Source: an uncultured Verrucomicrobiae bacterium
GTDB taxonomy: Bacteria > Verrucomicrobiota > Verrucomicrobiia > Chthoniobacterales > JAATET01
Assembly: GCA_963719495.1 (NCBI GenBank)
Contig: CAVRCI010000007.1
Span: forward strand, 162,987 to 226,986
DNA length: 64,000 nt
Reading direction: 5' to 3'
The translations under genes and the position numbers were made by a program. Within the stretch, counting starts at the first letter, position 1; each line of letters starts with the position of its first letter. Under the pieces are notes generated by a model, which saw only the letters and a list, made by a program, of their open reading frames with translations, had not been told where the DNA came from and searched no databases. Below are positions 49,087 to 60,015 of this stretch, one piece after another.

Positions 49087-51372
49087 TCAAAACTCGTCGT
49101 AGGCGACGTGGCTGGGCGGCACTCCAAGCTCGGTGAGCACCCGCGTGCAAGCCTTGATCATCATGGGTGGGCCGCAGAGGTAAAATTCCACCGCTTTCGG
49201 ATTCGAGTGATCACGCAGGTAATGATCGAGGACGACCTCGTGAATGAATCCGGTCGGCCCATCCCAGGCTTCTCCTTCCAACGGCGAGGAGAGCGCGACG
49301 TGAAAGGAAAAATTCGGATGCTCGGCGGCGAGGCGTTCGAAGTAATCCTCGTAGAAGATCTCCTGCCGCGAACGCGCACCATACCAGTAACTGATCTTGC
49401 GCGGAGTTTCTTCGCTCTCGAGCAGGTGCGACAAGTGCGCCCGCAGCGGCGCCATCCCGGCCCCGCCGCCGATGTAGACCATCTCACGCTGCGTCGGCTT
49501 GATGTGAAAATCGCCGAAGGGCCCGATGGCCGTCACGCGGTCCCCAGCTTTGAGATTGAAGACGTAGCTCGACCCAATCCCCGGCTCGCAATCCTGGCCG
49601 GGTGGCGGCATGGCGATCCGAACGTTGAAGCGGAGCGTCGTCTCGGTGCTCTGATTGCTGGCGAGTGAGTAATTGTTACGCCGGGGGGTCCCGGCGGGAT
49701 TGTGGACGGCCAGATCGAAGAGGTGCTGATTCTCCCAGACCGAGCGAAATGGCTCCGGAATGTCAAGGCCGCGAAACTGGATCTCATCGAACGCCGGAAT
49801 GTCGAGCTGGAGATAATCGCCCGGTTTGAAGGTGACCTTCTCAGCGCTTTCGACCGGCTCGAGCACGAGCTCTTTGATGAACGTTGCCACGCTTCGATTG
49901 CTCACCACCCGGAGCTGATAAGTCTTTTGTTCGCGCACGGCAGCACCGCCAGCCCGGGCGACATTGAGGAAGAGTCGCCCACCGCGCTCCTTGATCGGGT
50001 AGGTCGCCAGCCCCCGACACACGGGAGCTCGCGCCGGCGATCCATCGGCGAGATTGAACCGCCCGTTGTGTTTCGGACACTCAATGATCTTCCCTTTCAC
50101 CAAGCCGTCGGCGAGGTGCGTATTGCCGTGCGTGCAGATGCCGTCCGTCGCGTAAAGGGTGCCCTCGTCGTCGCGATAGAGCGCGTAGGTCCGACGACCG
50201 TGGTCGAGCCGAATGACGTCGGCGGGCCCGAGATCCGCCGCGGCGCAAACTTCCAACCATCCGTCCGCGTCGGGCTTGGAGTCGATCCCGTGCGCCGTCT
50301 CATCCTTCCGCAACCGGCTCTCCGGGAGCTGTCGCTTGACGTAGTATCCCGGATCCTTCACCTGACGCAGCACTGCGGGAATGATTTCCCGCCACGCCGA
50401 CCACAGACTCGGGTAGGGCGTCGGGCAGTCGTCCTTCACGACGGCATGGAGACGGGGCAACGCATGATAAGGGACGAGCGGATACATGTGATGCTCCACG
50501 TGGAAGTTCATGTTCCAATAGAGAAACCGATTCACGACGTTCATGTGGACCGTCCGACAGTTCAGCCGGTGATCGAGCACGTTCTCCGCCAGCCCCGCGT
50601 GCTGGGTCAGCCCGTAGACGACCATCAACCACGAGCCAAAGACGTTGGCCAGACCGACGAACAGAAGCGGCAGGACGCTCGCCGTCGCGACCGCGATCGC
50701 CACGACGACCGCGTAGATCCCCAGCGACACCCGAGCCCGAAAAAAGACTTTCGCAAACTCGCTCTCCGGAATGAACGTGCGCTCGTCCGCGGTCATCCTC
50801 CCGGCAGCGTGCAGGGCCAAATGTTTGAAATACGCCGGGTAAACGGAAATGTTGAAAAACGCCAGACCGATTGCCTTCACGTCCGGAGGCCGAGGCACCA
50901 CGATCTCGGGGTCTCTGCCGACGATGATCGTATCGCTGTGGTGCCGGGTGTGACTCCACCGCCAGACCGTCGACTCGCGCATCACCATGAACGATGCGAT
51001 CTCGTAGAGCGCGTTGTTCATCCAATCGGTCTTGAAGGCCGTCCCGTGTCCAGATTCGTGCCAACGCGAATCCGACGTCGAGGCGTAAAGCACCGCGTAG
51101 GCCAGATAGGGCAACCCAAACCACCACGTTCCCCACAGCGCGAACGCCGCAGCCCCAAAGCCGAGAATCAGGGCAAACCATAGAATCGTGTCACGCAGCG
51201 CCGGCCCGTCTTTTCGCACGAGCAGGTCTCGCATCGTCGCGCGCGGCACCGGGCACTGATACCACTCCGCTTCCGCAAGACCGCGCTCGATGGCACGGGT
51301 GGAATTTTCTCCGGTCAGACTGTAGTCCAGTTTCGTCGGCGGCTTGGTGAGAACGGCATTTTCGGAGCTCAT
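49087..51372 (-). CDS. Fusion: MocD-like di-iron membrane oxygenase + Rieske ferredoxin (MocE-like) + FAD/NAD reductase (NqrF-like)
   Basis: His boxes WHESGH, HTRHH, HVEHH; Rieske CTH...CPKH; RRNNYS, GPFGDF, GGGAGMAPLR, YLCGPP, DEF. Confidence 0.9.
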   Translation of the reverse strand: MSSENAVLTKPPTKLDYSLTGENSTRAIERGLAEAEWYQCPVPRATMRDLLVRKDGPALRDTILWFALILGFGAAAFALWGTWWFGLPYLAYAVLYASTSDSRWHESGHGTAFKTDWMNNALYEIASFMVMRESTVWRWSHTRHHSDTIIVGRDPEIVVPRPPDVKAIGLAFFNISVYPAYFKHLALHAAGRMTADERTFIPESEFAKVFFRARVSLGIYAVVVAIAVATASVLPLLFVGLANVFGSWLMVVYGLTQHAGLAENVLDHRLNCRTVHMNVVNRFLYWNMNFHVEHHMYPLVPYHALPRLHAVVKDDCPTPYPSLWSAWREIIPAVLRQVKDPGYYVKRQLPESRLRKDETAHGIDSKPDADGWLEVCAAADLGPADVIRLDHGRRTYALYRDDEGTLYATDGICTHGNTHLADGLVKGKIIECPKHNGRFNLADGSPARAPVCRGLATYPIKERGGRLFLNVARAGGAAVREQKTYQLRVVSNRSVATFIKELVLEPVESAEKVTFKPGDYLQLDIPAFDEIQFRGLDIPEPFRSVWENQHLFDLAVHNPAGTPRRNNYSLASNQSTETTLRFNVRIAMPPPGQDCEPGIGSSYVFNLKAGDRVTAIGPFGDFHIKPTQREMVYIGGGAGMAPLRAHLSHLLESEETPRKISYWYGARSRQEIFYEDYFERLAAEHPNFSFHVALSSPLEGEAWDGPTGFIHEVVLDHYLRDHSNPKAVEFYLCGPPMMIKACTRVLTELGVPPSHVAYDEF

Positions 51373-51523
51373 TGGTTCAGGAAGGGTTGGGAGGTTTGGG
51401 TCCGATCCGCCCACTCGCCCGGCGGGCTAAAGGGCGGAAATGATCGAATCACCCGACATTCTATGGAAACCCTCGCTGACTGTCCTCTCGACGAATGCGC
51501 AAAAGTGATCATATTTTGTCGCG

Positions 51524-52438
51524 ATGTTGGAGGACTTGAAGCTCGACGACCGATACGACGGGTTTCTGTTCCTTGCGGAAGCGGCGCGCAACCCTCCCGT
51601 CCTCCGCGCTCACCACCACGTCGAACTCGAACTCAACCTCGTCATCCGCGGCGAGATCACCTACGTGACGGGCGGGCAGCGATTCACGTTTCCCGCCCGG
51701 ACGTTGCTCTGGATGTTCCCCGCGCAGGAACACCAGCTCGTCAACCGCACCACTGACGCGGCCAATTTTGTCGCAGTTTTCAAACCGGAACTCATCGCCC
51801 GATCCTGCCGATCCGACGCCTACGCCGGACTGCGGCGCAAAACGCCCGGCAACTCTGGCGTGCTCCACACGCTGCTCGATCCCGAGTCCTTCGACCTGGT
51901 CCGACTGACGATGGAATCCTTGATGCCCGGCTCACTCGACGCCGATCTTCTCAACCGCGAAGCCGGCTTCGGCCTGACCTCCACGTTTTCCTTCCAGCAC
52001 GCCGACCCCGACGGGCTGAACGCGGGTTTGCACCATTTGCTCCTCCTGGGTTGGCGGAGTCAGCGGCACGGGAGGCTGCTGGCCCCTCCCGTCGCGCTGC
52101 ACCCGGCGGTCTGCCGGGCGATCAAGCAATTGAGCGATGCCGACTGGGAAGGTGATCTCGCGTCACTCGCAGCCGCGTGTAGAGTGAGCGAATCCTATCT
52201 CAGCCGCACCTTTCACCAGCAAGTCGGCGTCCCTCTCAATCGCTACCGCAACACTCTGCGGCTCTCGCGATTCTGGGAGCACTTCCGAGGTCCCCGCCAT
52301 CGCACGCTGTCCGAAGCCGTGTTCGAGGCCGGATTCGGAAGCTACGCCCAGTTTTATCGTGTCTTCCGTCAAGCCTACGGCTCGGGACCCCGGAAAGGTC
52401 TGGAGACCGTGATCCCGCGTCCCAATGAGAATAACTGA
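51524..52438 (+). CDS. AraC-family regulator
   Basis: Cupin HHHVELE; SESYLSRTF; AGFGSYAQFYRVF. Confidence 0.92.
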   Translation: MLEDLKLDDRYDGFLFLAEAARNPPVLRAHHHVELELNLVIRGEITYVTGGQRFTFPARTLLWMFPAQEHQLVNRTTDAANFVAVFKPELIARSCRSDAYAGLRRKTPGNSGVLHTLLDPESFDLVRLTMESLMPGSLDADLLNREAGFGLTSTFSFQHADPDGLNAGLHHLLLLGWRSQRHGRLLAPPVALHPAVCRAIKQLSDADWEGDLASLAAACRVSESYLSRTFHQQVGVPLNRYRNTLRLSRFWEHFRGPRHRTLSEAVFEAGFGSYAQFYRVFRQAYGSGPRKGLETVIPRPNENN

Positions 52439-52595
52439 TCCGCGCCAACGGGCAGTCTGAGCTCCCCGGAAATAGCGCGACTGCATTTGGAGGCTTCCCA
52501 CCCGCATCGTGTGCCATTTCGGATACCTCGACGTTGCGATCTGGGCCATCAGCGACCCGCACAACGGCGAAGTGGCAAGGGCTTCAACCCCGCCG

Positions 52596-53504
52596 TCAAC
52601 GAATCCCGCGCGGGGTGAATTCCGCCGGGATCGGATCGCAGAGGTAATCCTGGGTGTCGTTCCAGACCGTCCCCACGAGAAAGTCACCGCCCGCGGTCGC
52701 GACGATCTGGCCGGCATACGGCTGCTCCTCTCGATCCGCCGCGACGATCCGGTTGTCGCCGCGAAACGTGTAGGGCCCTTCCAGCGCGTCGGCCACCATG
52801 CAGAACGTGGAGCTGGCCGGACGGTCTCCGTCGAAGTAGCGCGTCACCGCCGCCTCCGTCCAAAAATGCGGGTGCGTCGAGAAGACCAGGTAATACCTTC
52901 CGTCCCGCGGGATGACGGTGGGACATTCCAACTCCGACGCCACCGCCTCGCACCGAAGTGGCGGCAGCACCGTCCAGTGCCGCAGGTCGTCGGTGACGGC
53001 GACGCCGACCGTGCCGCGCGCCGCACTCGGCCCGGTCCGCGCGCTCGCGCAGACGAACTGCCACACCCTACCCGCGTGCTCGAGCAGCGACGGATCGCGC
53101 CAGTGCTTCATCGACCGCACGCCGGAGCCGACCGGCTCGTAGTGTCGCGGGTCGAGGTCGGTCGTCGGGTTGCCCGCGCATTTTTCCCAGCGGAAGAGGT
53201 CGTCCGAGACAGCCAGCCCAGTTGTCCCTTCGAGGTGGCTGGTGTAGGCCATCCAATACCGTCCGTCGCGGCGAATCACCGATCCCGTCGCCAGACAATC
53301 GTGATCCCATTCCCCCGGCGCGCCCCGCTCCAGCGCGAGCGGATGGATTTCCCAACCCACCAGATCGCGGCTCGTCGCATGCCCGATATCCCACACCGCG
53401 TGCCGCTCGCAGCGGTCGGGACAGGTCAGGTAATAGGCGTGGACGACATCGCCCTCGACGAAATACCAGGCATCGCCGAGGTGGTGACCGGGGTGTCTCA
53501 GCAT
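52596..53504 (-). CDS. GH32/GH68-like five-bladed beta-propeller glycosidase
   Basis: LGDAW, IGHATSRDL, WRDP, ELECP; no signal peptide. Confidence 0.8.
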   Translation of the reverse strand: MLRHPGHHLGDAWYFVEGDVVHAYYLTCPDRCERHAVWDIGHATSRDLVGWEIHPLALERGAPGEWDHDCLATGSVIRRDGRYWMAYTSHLEGTTGLAVSDDLFRWEKCAGNPTTDLDPRHYEPVGSGVRSMKHWRDPSLLEHAGRVWQFVCASARTGPSAARGTVGVAVTDDLRHWTVLPPLRCEAVASELECPTVIPRDGRYYLVFSTHPHFWTEAAVTRYFDGDRPASSTFCMVADALEGPYTFRGDNRIVAADREEQPYAGQIVATAGGDFLVGTVWNDTQDYLCDPIPAEFTPRGIR

Positions 53505-53522
53505 GACCTCAGCCGACTGCGC

Positions 53523-56231
53523 TTACCGGGGGTCCGACGCCTTCGCCGACACGTCGTCCAGCCAGATGTCGCCGCTGCCGTTGGCGTGATAGAGCAGATA
53601 AACCCGGCTGTAGTCGTCGGGCAGCTCGACGGTCTTCGTAAATTCCTGCCAACCGTCCGCCTCGGCCACCGGCACGAACACGTTGATCCACCCGGTCTGC
53701 TCATCGGCGTCGTTCATCAACTGGATCGCCAGCAGCGACTCCGAGAACTCGCCGTCCACGCGCACCTTGCCGCTCACCTCGAGCCATTTCCCCTGCAATC
53801 CGTCGGGCAGCTCGTGCTCGACCACGCAGTAGCCGGGTTGGTCGGTGCGGAGATGGAGCGACGCGGGCGCACTGACGAACGTCTCGTCGTCCCACGTCGC
53901 CTGCCCGCCGACGTCGGACCAGCGTAGGTTCCACTCGGCGGGCGAAGCCTCCCCGCCCTGGTCATCGAAGCTGCCGTTGACGACGACCTCCTCGCCGACC
54001 ACGGCCGCCGTCTCGACGGCGGTGTCGGCCTCGACCGGCTTCGCGGCTTCATCAGTGAGCGGCAGCCAGAAAGCTCCGGCCCCCGTGGTGCCCACGATCA
54101 CGCGATCCCCCGCGAAGCCCACCATGTTCGCGCGCCGATTCGGCAGCGCTCCGTCGAGCCGCTTCCACTCCGCACCGCCGTCGGTGGTGAGATACACCCC
54201 ATCCTCGGTGCCGACCGCCGCGCGTCCCCGCACGACCTGATCGAACGCAATGTGCTGGGCCGGCATTTCGACGCCCACGTTTTTCCACGTGATCGCGCCA
54301 TCGGTGGACTCGAAAAGCCCGCCCTGCTTCGCCGCCATCAGATAGCGCCCCGGCACGAACGGATCGGCCGCGATGCTGTTCGGCTGCTCGATGGCGTCGA
54401 TCTGACCTTCGGTCCACGATTGCGTCTTCGGGTCGAATCCAAACACCCGACCGGTGTAGTGCGAGATCGCCCCGAGCGAGCCATCGGACGACGCGGCGAC
54501 TTCCCGCCCCACGTGCCAGATTTCCGCCATGAAGAGTCCCTCGTCCGGCAGCCCGTCGTTGAGAGGCTGGAACGTCTCGCCCGCGTCTCTCGAGTAAAAC
54601 ACTCCGCCCTCCTCACTCGGCTTGCCCGCGACCGTGACGACGACGGTTTCCTTGTCGTTCGGGTCGGCGACGACACTGTTGATCCGACGCGACTCCACGT
54701 CGCGCATCCCGCCCATGGTCGCCGCTTTCCACGTCGCGCCCCGGTCGTCGCTCACGAAGAGCTGGCTGCTGTACCAGTGCCCGTTGACGTCCGGCCCGAT
54801 GGCGTAGAGGCGATCGAAATCCTTCGGCGACACCGCGATGTCCTTCACGTTGTTGGTGATCGCCCCCGCGTTGCCGCCCCAGACCTGCTGGTAGGTGGCA
54901 CCGCCGTCGGTGGATCGGAAGTAGCCGTTGTCACCCATGCCGAGGTGCACCAGGCCGGGATCGTCCGGCACCTGGGTCACGTTGTGGATGCAGGTCACCT
55001 CCACGCCCCGCCCCGCGTAATCCCACACCTTTCCGGCGTTATCCGAACGCCACACCATGTACCAGTCGCACATCCACCAGCGATCCGGCGTGTGGGGGTC
55101 GACGACCAGGCTGGCGATCGCCTTGCCGAAATGCACCCAACCCGGCTTGCTCCCGGCGTTCCCATACCACGATTCCGGTGCCTTGGCGGTGCCCTCGACT
55201 TTTTTCCATTCCGCGTCGTCGGCACCCCGGCGATAAACCGATCCGTCCCCCGCGCCCGCCAGTGCGAAGTCCGGCCCCGCCGCGATGGCGGTGAAGGTGA
55301 ACGGAGCCACCGATCCCCACGCTGAAATCACGCCGTTCTCGTCGATCACACCGTCCGGATCGTGGGTGGGCAGCCCTTCGTGGAAGTCCACCCACGTCCG
55401 GCCCCCGTCGCTGCTGCGCTTGATCTTCAGCGACGGAAAGAGTCCGATGAAATCACCACCGAACGCCTCGCCCAGCTGCGCCACCTCGAACGGCGCGGGA
55501 TCGACATCCGTCAACTCCTCCCACGTCCGTCCGCCATCGGTGCTCTCGTAAAAGCCCCGCTTCAGCTTTGTCTGGGGATCGCCGAGAAGGAAAAAATTGT
55601 AGGGCATCGAGCAGAGCACCACGTGCCCCGGTCGCTTCACGTCGAAGTCGATGTCGCTGGTATTCGTCCCCTCCAACCCGACGTTCTCCCACGTCTTCCC
55701 GAAATCCTCCGAGCGGAAGACGCCGTCCTTCATCGCGCCCGCGAGCACAACGTCCGGATTACCGGGATCGACGGCCATCACGGTGCCCCACATCCGCTCG
55801 TTGCCATTGCCGGCGAAGGCGGCTTCGAGCGTTTTCTCGTAGGTCCGACCGCCATCCGTGCTGCGGTAAACACCATCCCGCTCCTTCGACCAATGCGATC
55901 CCACGGCCACGAGAATCGTGTTCGGATCACGCGGATCGACCAGCAGCCCCCGGGGTTCCTGACTCCCGTGGACCGACGGCAGCGGACCGTGGATCATCCT
56001 CCAGTTCGCCCCCCCGTCGTCGCTGCGGTAGAAGCCCCCCACGTCGGTGTGGAGGTAGTAGATCTGCGGGTCGCTCGTGGGCAACAGATTGATCACGTAG
56101 CCGCCGCCGCCGATCTGCGCCGATCGCCACTCGCCGTAGGTCGGCATCGGCTCGTCGGCCGACACGGCGGTTGAGCAGAAAACGAAGGCGGCGAGCGCCG
56201 CGACGAGGAGGACTGGGATGGTTTTTTTCAT
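53523..56231 (-). CDS. Exported GH74-like (Asp-box) glycoside hydrolase with C-terminal CBM4/9-like module
   Basis: GGGGYV, TDVGG, GDNG, many SxDGGxTW repeats; VVNGSFD...IWLDDVS. Start at ATG 56231. Confidence 0.8.
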   Translation of the reverse strand: MKKTIPVLLVAALAAFVFCSTAVSADEPMPTYGEWRSAQIGGGGYVINLLPTSDPQIYYLHTDVGGFYRSDDGGANWRMIHGPLPSVHGSQEPRGLLVDPRDPNTILVAVGSHWSKERDGVYRSTDGGRTYEKTLEAAFAGNGNERMWGTVMAVDPGNPDVVLAGAMKDGVFRSEDFGKTWENVGLEGTNTSDIDFDVKRPGHVVLCSMPYNFFLLGDPQTKLKRGFYESTDGGRTWEELTDVDPAPFEVAQLGEAFGGDFIGLFPSLKIKRSSDGGRTWVDFHEGLPTHDPDGVIDENGVISAWGSVAPFTFTAIAAGPDFALAGAGDGSVYRRGADDAEWKKVEGTAKAPESWYGNAGSKPGWVHFGKAIASLVVDPHTPDRWWMCDWYMVWRSDNAGKVWDYAGRGVEVTCIHNVTQVPDDPGLVHLGMGDNGYFRSTDGGATYQQVWGGNAGAITNNVKDIAVSPKDFDRLYAIGPDVNGHWYSSQLFVSDDRGATWKAATMGGMRDVESRRINSVVADPNDKETVVVTVAGKPSEEGGVFYSRDAGETFQPLNDGLPDEGLFMAEIWHVGREVAASSDGSLGAISHYTGRVFGFDPKTQSWTEGQIDAIEQPNSIAADPFVPGRYLMAAKQGGLFESTDGAITWKNVGVEMPAQHIAFDQVVRGRAAVGTEDGVYLTTDGGAEWKRLDGALPNRRANMVGFAGDRVIVGTTGAGAFWLPLTDEAAKPVEADTAVETAAVVGEEVVVNGSFDDQGGEASPAEWNLRWSDVGGQATWDDETFVSAPASLHLRTDQPGYCVVEHELPDGLQGKWLEVSGKVRVDGEFSESLLAIQLMNDADEQTGWINVFVPVAEADGWQEFTKTVELPDDYSRVYLLYHANGSGDIWLDDVSAKASDPR

Positions 56232-56250
56232 AGCTGGTGAATTGTTGATT

Positions 56251-57874
56251 TTACGAGTTCTCGAGTTTTTCTTCCGCTCGGTTTTTCGGGTCTTCCCGGT
56301 AATCGAACCAATCGAAGTCGGCGTGGAGCTGCTGGCCCGAGAGGTCCTGGACGCAGAGCCCAAGGAACGCGCCGGTGAAGCCATTGCAGTAATCGTCCGA
56401 GAGCCGACTCGCATCGAGCACCGGTTCGACCGGCGTCCACTCCGAACCGTCGAGCGAGTAGGAAAATCGCAACTCACGTTCCGCGATCCGCGCCTCGAGA
56501 AAGACCGGCCCTTCCGGCGGCACCGCGACGCCAGGGCCCGCGGGTTCCGAATAGACCTCCCGATCCATCGCCACGAGCTTCACGCAGCGCCCGAGCGCCT
56601 CGTCCCAGGTCACGCCGAGGTAGTAGTGCGTCGTCACGTCGTAGAATGCCGTGAGCCCGGCCATCTGCTGGAAGGTCGTCGGCGAGAACTCCACGCACGT
56701 CGCCGCCCGGCAGCGCCACGCCTGGACCCGCCGTGCGACCAGGCTCTGCCGGTGCCGCGAGAGCAGGCTCTCGCGCCCGATCAGCCGCAGCCAGCCGGGG
56801 CGCGCCGCCAGCGAACCCATCGACGCGTCGAAGGGCACGCGCAACGTCTGAAAATCCACCGGCAGCGCGCCACCGTCGAACTCCTCGCGTTCGGGCGATG
56901 GCGGGAATTCCTCCCGCGCCAGTTCCGGCGCGGGCACTTCGTCACTCGGCGTGCTCCCGCCTGCTGCCAGCCGCAGCCAGCCATCCTCCGTCCACACGCA
57001 CGGCTGGATCGCCGTTTCCCGACCCAGCACACAGCACCGATCCGCAGACGGTCGGCTGCAGAGATGCGCGATCCACGGCTGCCCTCCGTCCAGCTCCACC
57101 AGCGAGGCGTGGCCCGCCTTTTGCAGCCTTGCCGACGTCCCTGCAGACGTGCAGATCGGGTTGGCGGGATCGAATTCGTAGGGGCCCTTCGAGCGAGCGT
57201 GATCTCGCCGTGCTGACGGCGTGGTCGTAGCTGGTCCCACCCTCGGCCAGCATCAGGTAATACCAATCCCCGCGCCGATACAGGTGCGGACCCTCCGTGT
57301 ATCCCAGCCCCGTTCCCTCGCAGATTTTGCGAATCGGCCCGACGAGCCGTTGTTCTCCGGGCGAATATTCCTGCAGCACGATCCCGGCAAACGCCCGCCC
57401 ATCCGTCCGGCGATGATCCCAGAGCAGATTCACCAGCCACTTCCGCCCGTCCGTGTCGTGAAAAAGCGACGGATCGAAGCCGCTGGAGTTCAGCGGGATC
57501 GGCTCCGACCACGGCCCCTCGATGGAGTCCGCCGTGACGAGGTAATTGTGGCATTCCTTGTGCCCCCCCATCCAGCCGCCCTTCCAATTTTTCACGTCGG
57601 AATACACCAGGTGAAATTTTTCGCCGTCGTGACTCAGGCACGGTGCCCAGACGCCGCCGCTGTCCGCGTTGCCCACCAAGTCGAGCTGCGAGACGCGCGT
57701 GAGTGGCCGGGTCAGCAATCGCCAATGCGCGAGGTCGCGCGAGTGATGAATCTGCACGCCGGGAAACCACTCGAACGTCGACGTCGCGATGTAAAAATCC
57801 CGACCGACCCGCAGGATCGACGGGTCGGGATTAAACCCCCGCAGGATTGGATTCTGGATCGTTCGAATGCTCAT
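56251..57874 (-). pseudogene. GH43 beta-xylosidase/arabinofuranosidase split by a +1 frameshift
   Basis: NPILRGFNPDPS, WAP, FDPS and EGPH in one frame; PYEFDP, QKAGHA, GRET and FTGAF in another. Extra base in the G run at 57181-57184. Confidence 0.85.
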
Positions 57875-57879
57875 CCGGC

Positions 57880-58542
57880 TCAAGGGACCGCTTGGATGCT
57901 CCCGATCTCGAAGGCCTGATCGATGGTCATCTGGTAATCGTAGGGGTCCGGCGAGGAGATGAAGGCGATGCCGATCTCGTCGATTGGGCCGAAGGCAGCG
58001 AGATCCAGCGGCGCGAGGTCGATCGTCGCCGTGGACTCGCCCGCGGGCACGTCGGTGGACGCTCGGACGGCCTCCAGATTCGCAAAATCGGCGTCCCACT
58101 TCGACACGGTGACGGTGATTTTCAGCGTGGGGTTGGTGTTGCCCCGGACGGCGATTTCGATGGCCGTAGCGTCCTCGGGCCCGGCGAAATCCCGGGTTCC
58201 CACGCCGGGATACTCGACCCCCGTGTCGTTCAAGACCGTGTCGCAAGCGCTCGGGCCGGGCCCCCGTTGCACGCGAAGGATGCCGGAGCCAGCGTCCACG
58301 ACAGCCGAGTTTCCGCTACCCTGCTCCGCCCCGTAATTGCGCACCACCACTTCCCGATAACCCTGCCCGTCGAGGACTCCGGCGAGTCCGCCCTCTCGCG
58401 CGCTTTTTTTGCCGTCCTCGGTGTGGGTCACGCTGGCCGTCCCGGCGCTGAAGTCGTCGATCGCGAGGTCGGCCCACGCGATGCCCGGCGCCGTGACCGC
58501 CGCGAGCGCGGCGATGAGAAGGGTGTGAGGGATCGATGTCAT
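57880..58542 (-). CDS. Exported hypothetical protein
   Basis: Signal peptide ending AWA-DLAIDDF; ends QAVP-stop. Confidence 0.7.
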   Translation of the reverse strand: MTSIPHTLLIAALAAVTAPGIAWADLAIDDFSAGTASVTHTEDGKKSAREGGLAGVLDGQGYREVVVRNYGAEQGSGNSAVVDAGSGILRVQRGPGPSACDTVLNDTGVEYPGVGTRDFAGPEDATAIEIAVRGNTNPTLKITVTVSKWDADFANLEAVRASTDVPAGESTATIDLAPLDLAAFGPIDEIGIAFISSPDPYDYQMTIDQAFEIGSIQAVP

Positions 58543-58586
58543 GGCGGGATATCTTGGTGGGTTGGTGGGAGAAAGAAGTTCGATTT

Positions 58587-59999
58587 TCAGACTGCGCCGC
58601 GTCGGGCTTCGAGTGCCTCGCGCGTGGCTGCTGCGGTGTCTTCGGTGATCGTGTAGCGCCGCAGGGCCCAGACCGCCGCGAGCAGCATGGCGACGGGCAG
58701 GAGGGTCATCACGAGCTTCATCCGAAAGAACACCTCCATCTGCTCGATCCCTTTTTCCACGTCGAACCCGGTCAACTCCAGCAGCGGACCCGACAGCCCA
58801 AATCCGATGGTGAAGCTCAGCTTCACCGCCCAGGAATAGACCGAGGAAAAACTTCCCTCGCGCCGCTCGCCGGTCAGTAACTCGTCCTCGTCGGCGATGT
58901 CCGCCACCATCGATCCCACCAGCAGCCACGTCGTCTGCATGCCAAATCCGATCACGAACGGATTCAATAGCGTCAAATAGGGACGCCCCGGCCACAGGAT
59001 GAAAAACGTCATCGCGTTGCCCACGACCTGAAACAGCAACGCCGCCACCATCGTCCGGCTCTTCCCCCAGCGCGGCGAGATCAGGTTTGCGCACGTGATT
59101 CCGAAGAACACGCCCACCGTCGAGATCGTCTGCCAGTAGCCGTTGAACGTCGCCGCCAGGGATTCATCGCCCTCCATCACGTAATACGTGCTCGTGAACT
59201 GCCCGAAGCTGTTCATCAGCGCACTGCTCGCGATGAAAAACACCGTGACCGCCACCATCACGAGGAAGTTGCGATTCGACAGCGTGAGCTTGAGGTCGCG
59301 CTTGAGGCTCGTCTTTTTCTCCCGCTTCGTGATCTGGGCAAACCGCTCCCGCACGAACAACGCCGGGAGCACTCCAAAGACGAGGATAATCCCACCCAGG
59401 ATCACGCTCAGAAACCGCATCCCCGCCAGCGTGTCCGGCTCGCCCGTGACCGGGTCGTTGAACATCTCGAGCTTCGTGAACCACCAGCACCAACTGATCA
59501 CGATGCCGAAGAAAATCCCGGCGTAGAATCGATAGCTGTTGATTCGCGTCCGCTCGTGGTAATCCGGCGTCAGCTCCATGAACAGGCTCTGATACGGCAT
59601 CGCCCAGATCGTGAGCGCGGTGTAGAGCAGAAATCCCGACCCCGCCATCCACGCGATGATCACCGTCTGACTCGAGTCCCGTGGGAAGAACCACATCAGC
59701 GGAAACGTGACCGCGATCAGGATCGCGCCGACAAAAATATACGGTCGCCGCCGCCCCCACCGAGAATGCGTGTTGTCCGAGATCCAGCCCATCACCGGGT
59801 CCGTGATCGCGTCCCAAAACCGGAAGAGCATGAACAGCATGCTCACGATCCAGGGCGAGATCCCGAACTGAATCGTGAGCACCGGCGCGGCCATCACCAT
59901 CGGCACCCACACCGGCCAACTGTCGACGAAAGATGCGCTTCCGTAGGCGAGCTTGCGCGGGAACGACAGGTGCCGTTCGGCTGGCGGGGCAGAAGTCAC
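58587..59999 (-). CDS. MFS glycoside-pentoside-hexuronide transporter
   Basis: KLAYG, WDAITDPVMGWISDNT.SRWGRRRPY, ELTPDYHER, ADIADED..TGERREG. Confidence 0.92.
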   Translation of the reverse strand: MTSAPPAERHLSFPRKLAYGSASFVDSWPVWVPMVMAAPVLTIQFGISPWIVSMLFMLFRFWDAITDPVMGWISDNTHSRWGRRRPYIFVGAILIAVTFPLMWFFPRDSSQTVIIAWMAGSGFLLYTALTIWAMPYQSLFMELTPDYHERTRINSYRFYAGIFFGIVISWCWWFTKLEMFNDPVTGEPDTLAGMRFLSVILGGIILVFGVLPALFVRERFAQITKREKKTSLKRDLKLTLSNRNFLVMVAVTVFFIASSALMNSFGQFTSTYYVMEGDESLAATFNGYWQTISTVGVFFGITCANLISPRWGKSRTMVAALLFQVVGNAMTFFILWPGRPYLTLLNPFVIGFGMQTTWLLVGSMVADIADEDELLTGERREGSFSSVYSWAVKLSFTIGFGLSGPLLELTGFDVEKGIEQMEVFFRMKLVMTLLPVAMLLAAVWALRRYTITEDTAAATREALEARRGAV

Positions 60000-60015
60000 G
60001 CGTTTCAGCCGCTGG

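Noticed and set aside
49087..49930. nqrF gene call
   Set aside because: Only the FAD/NAD module is present, fused to an oxygenase; no other nqr genes are in the window.
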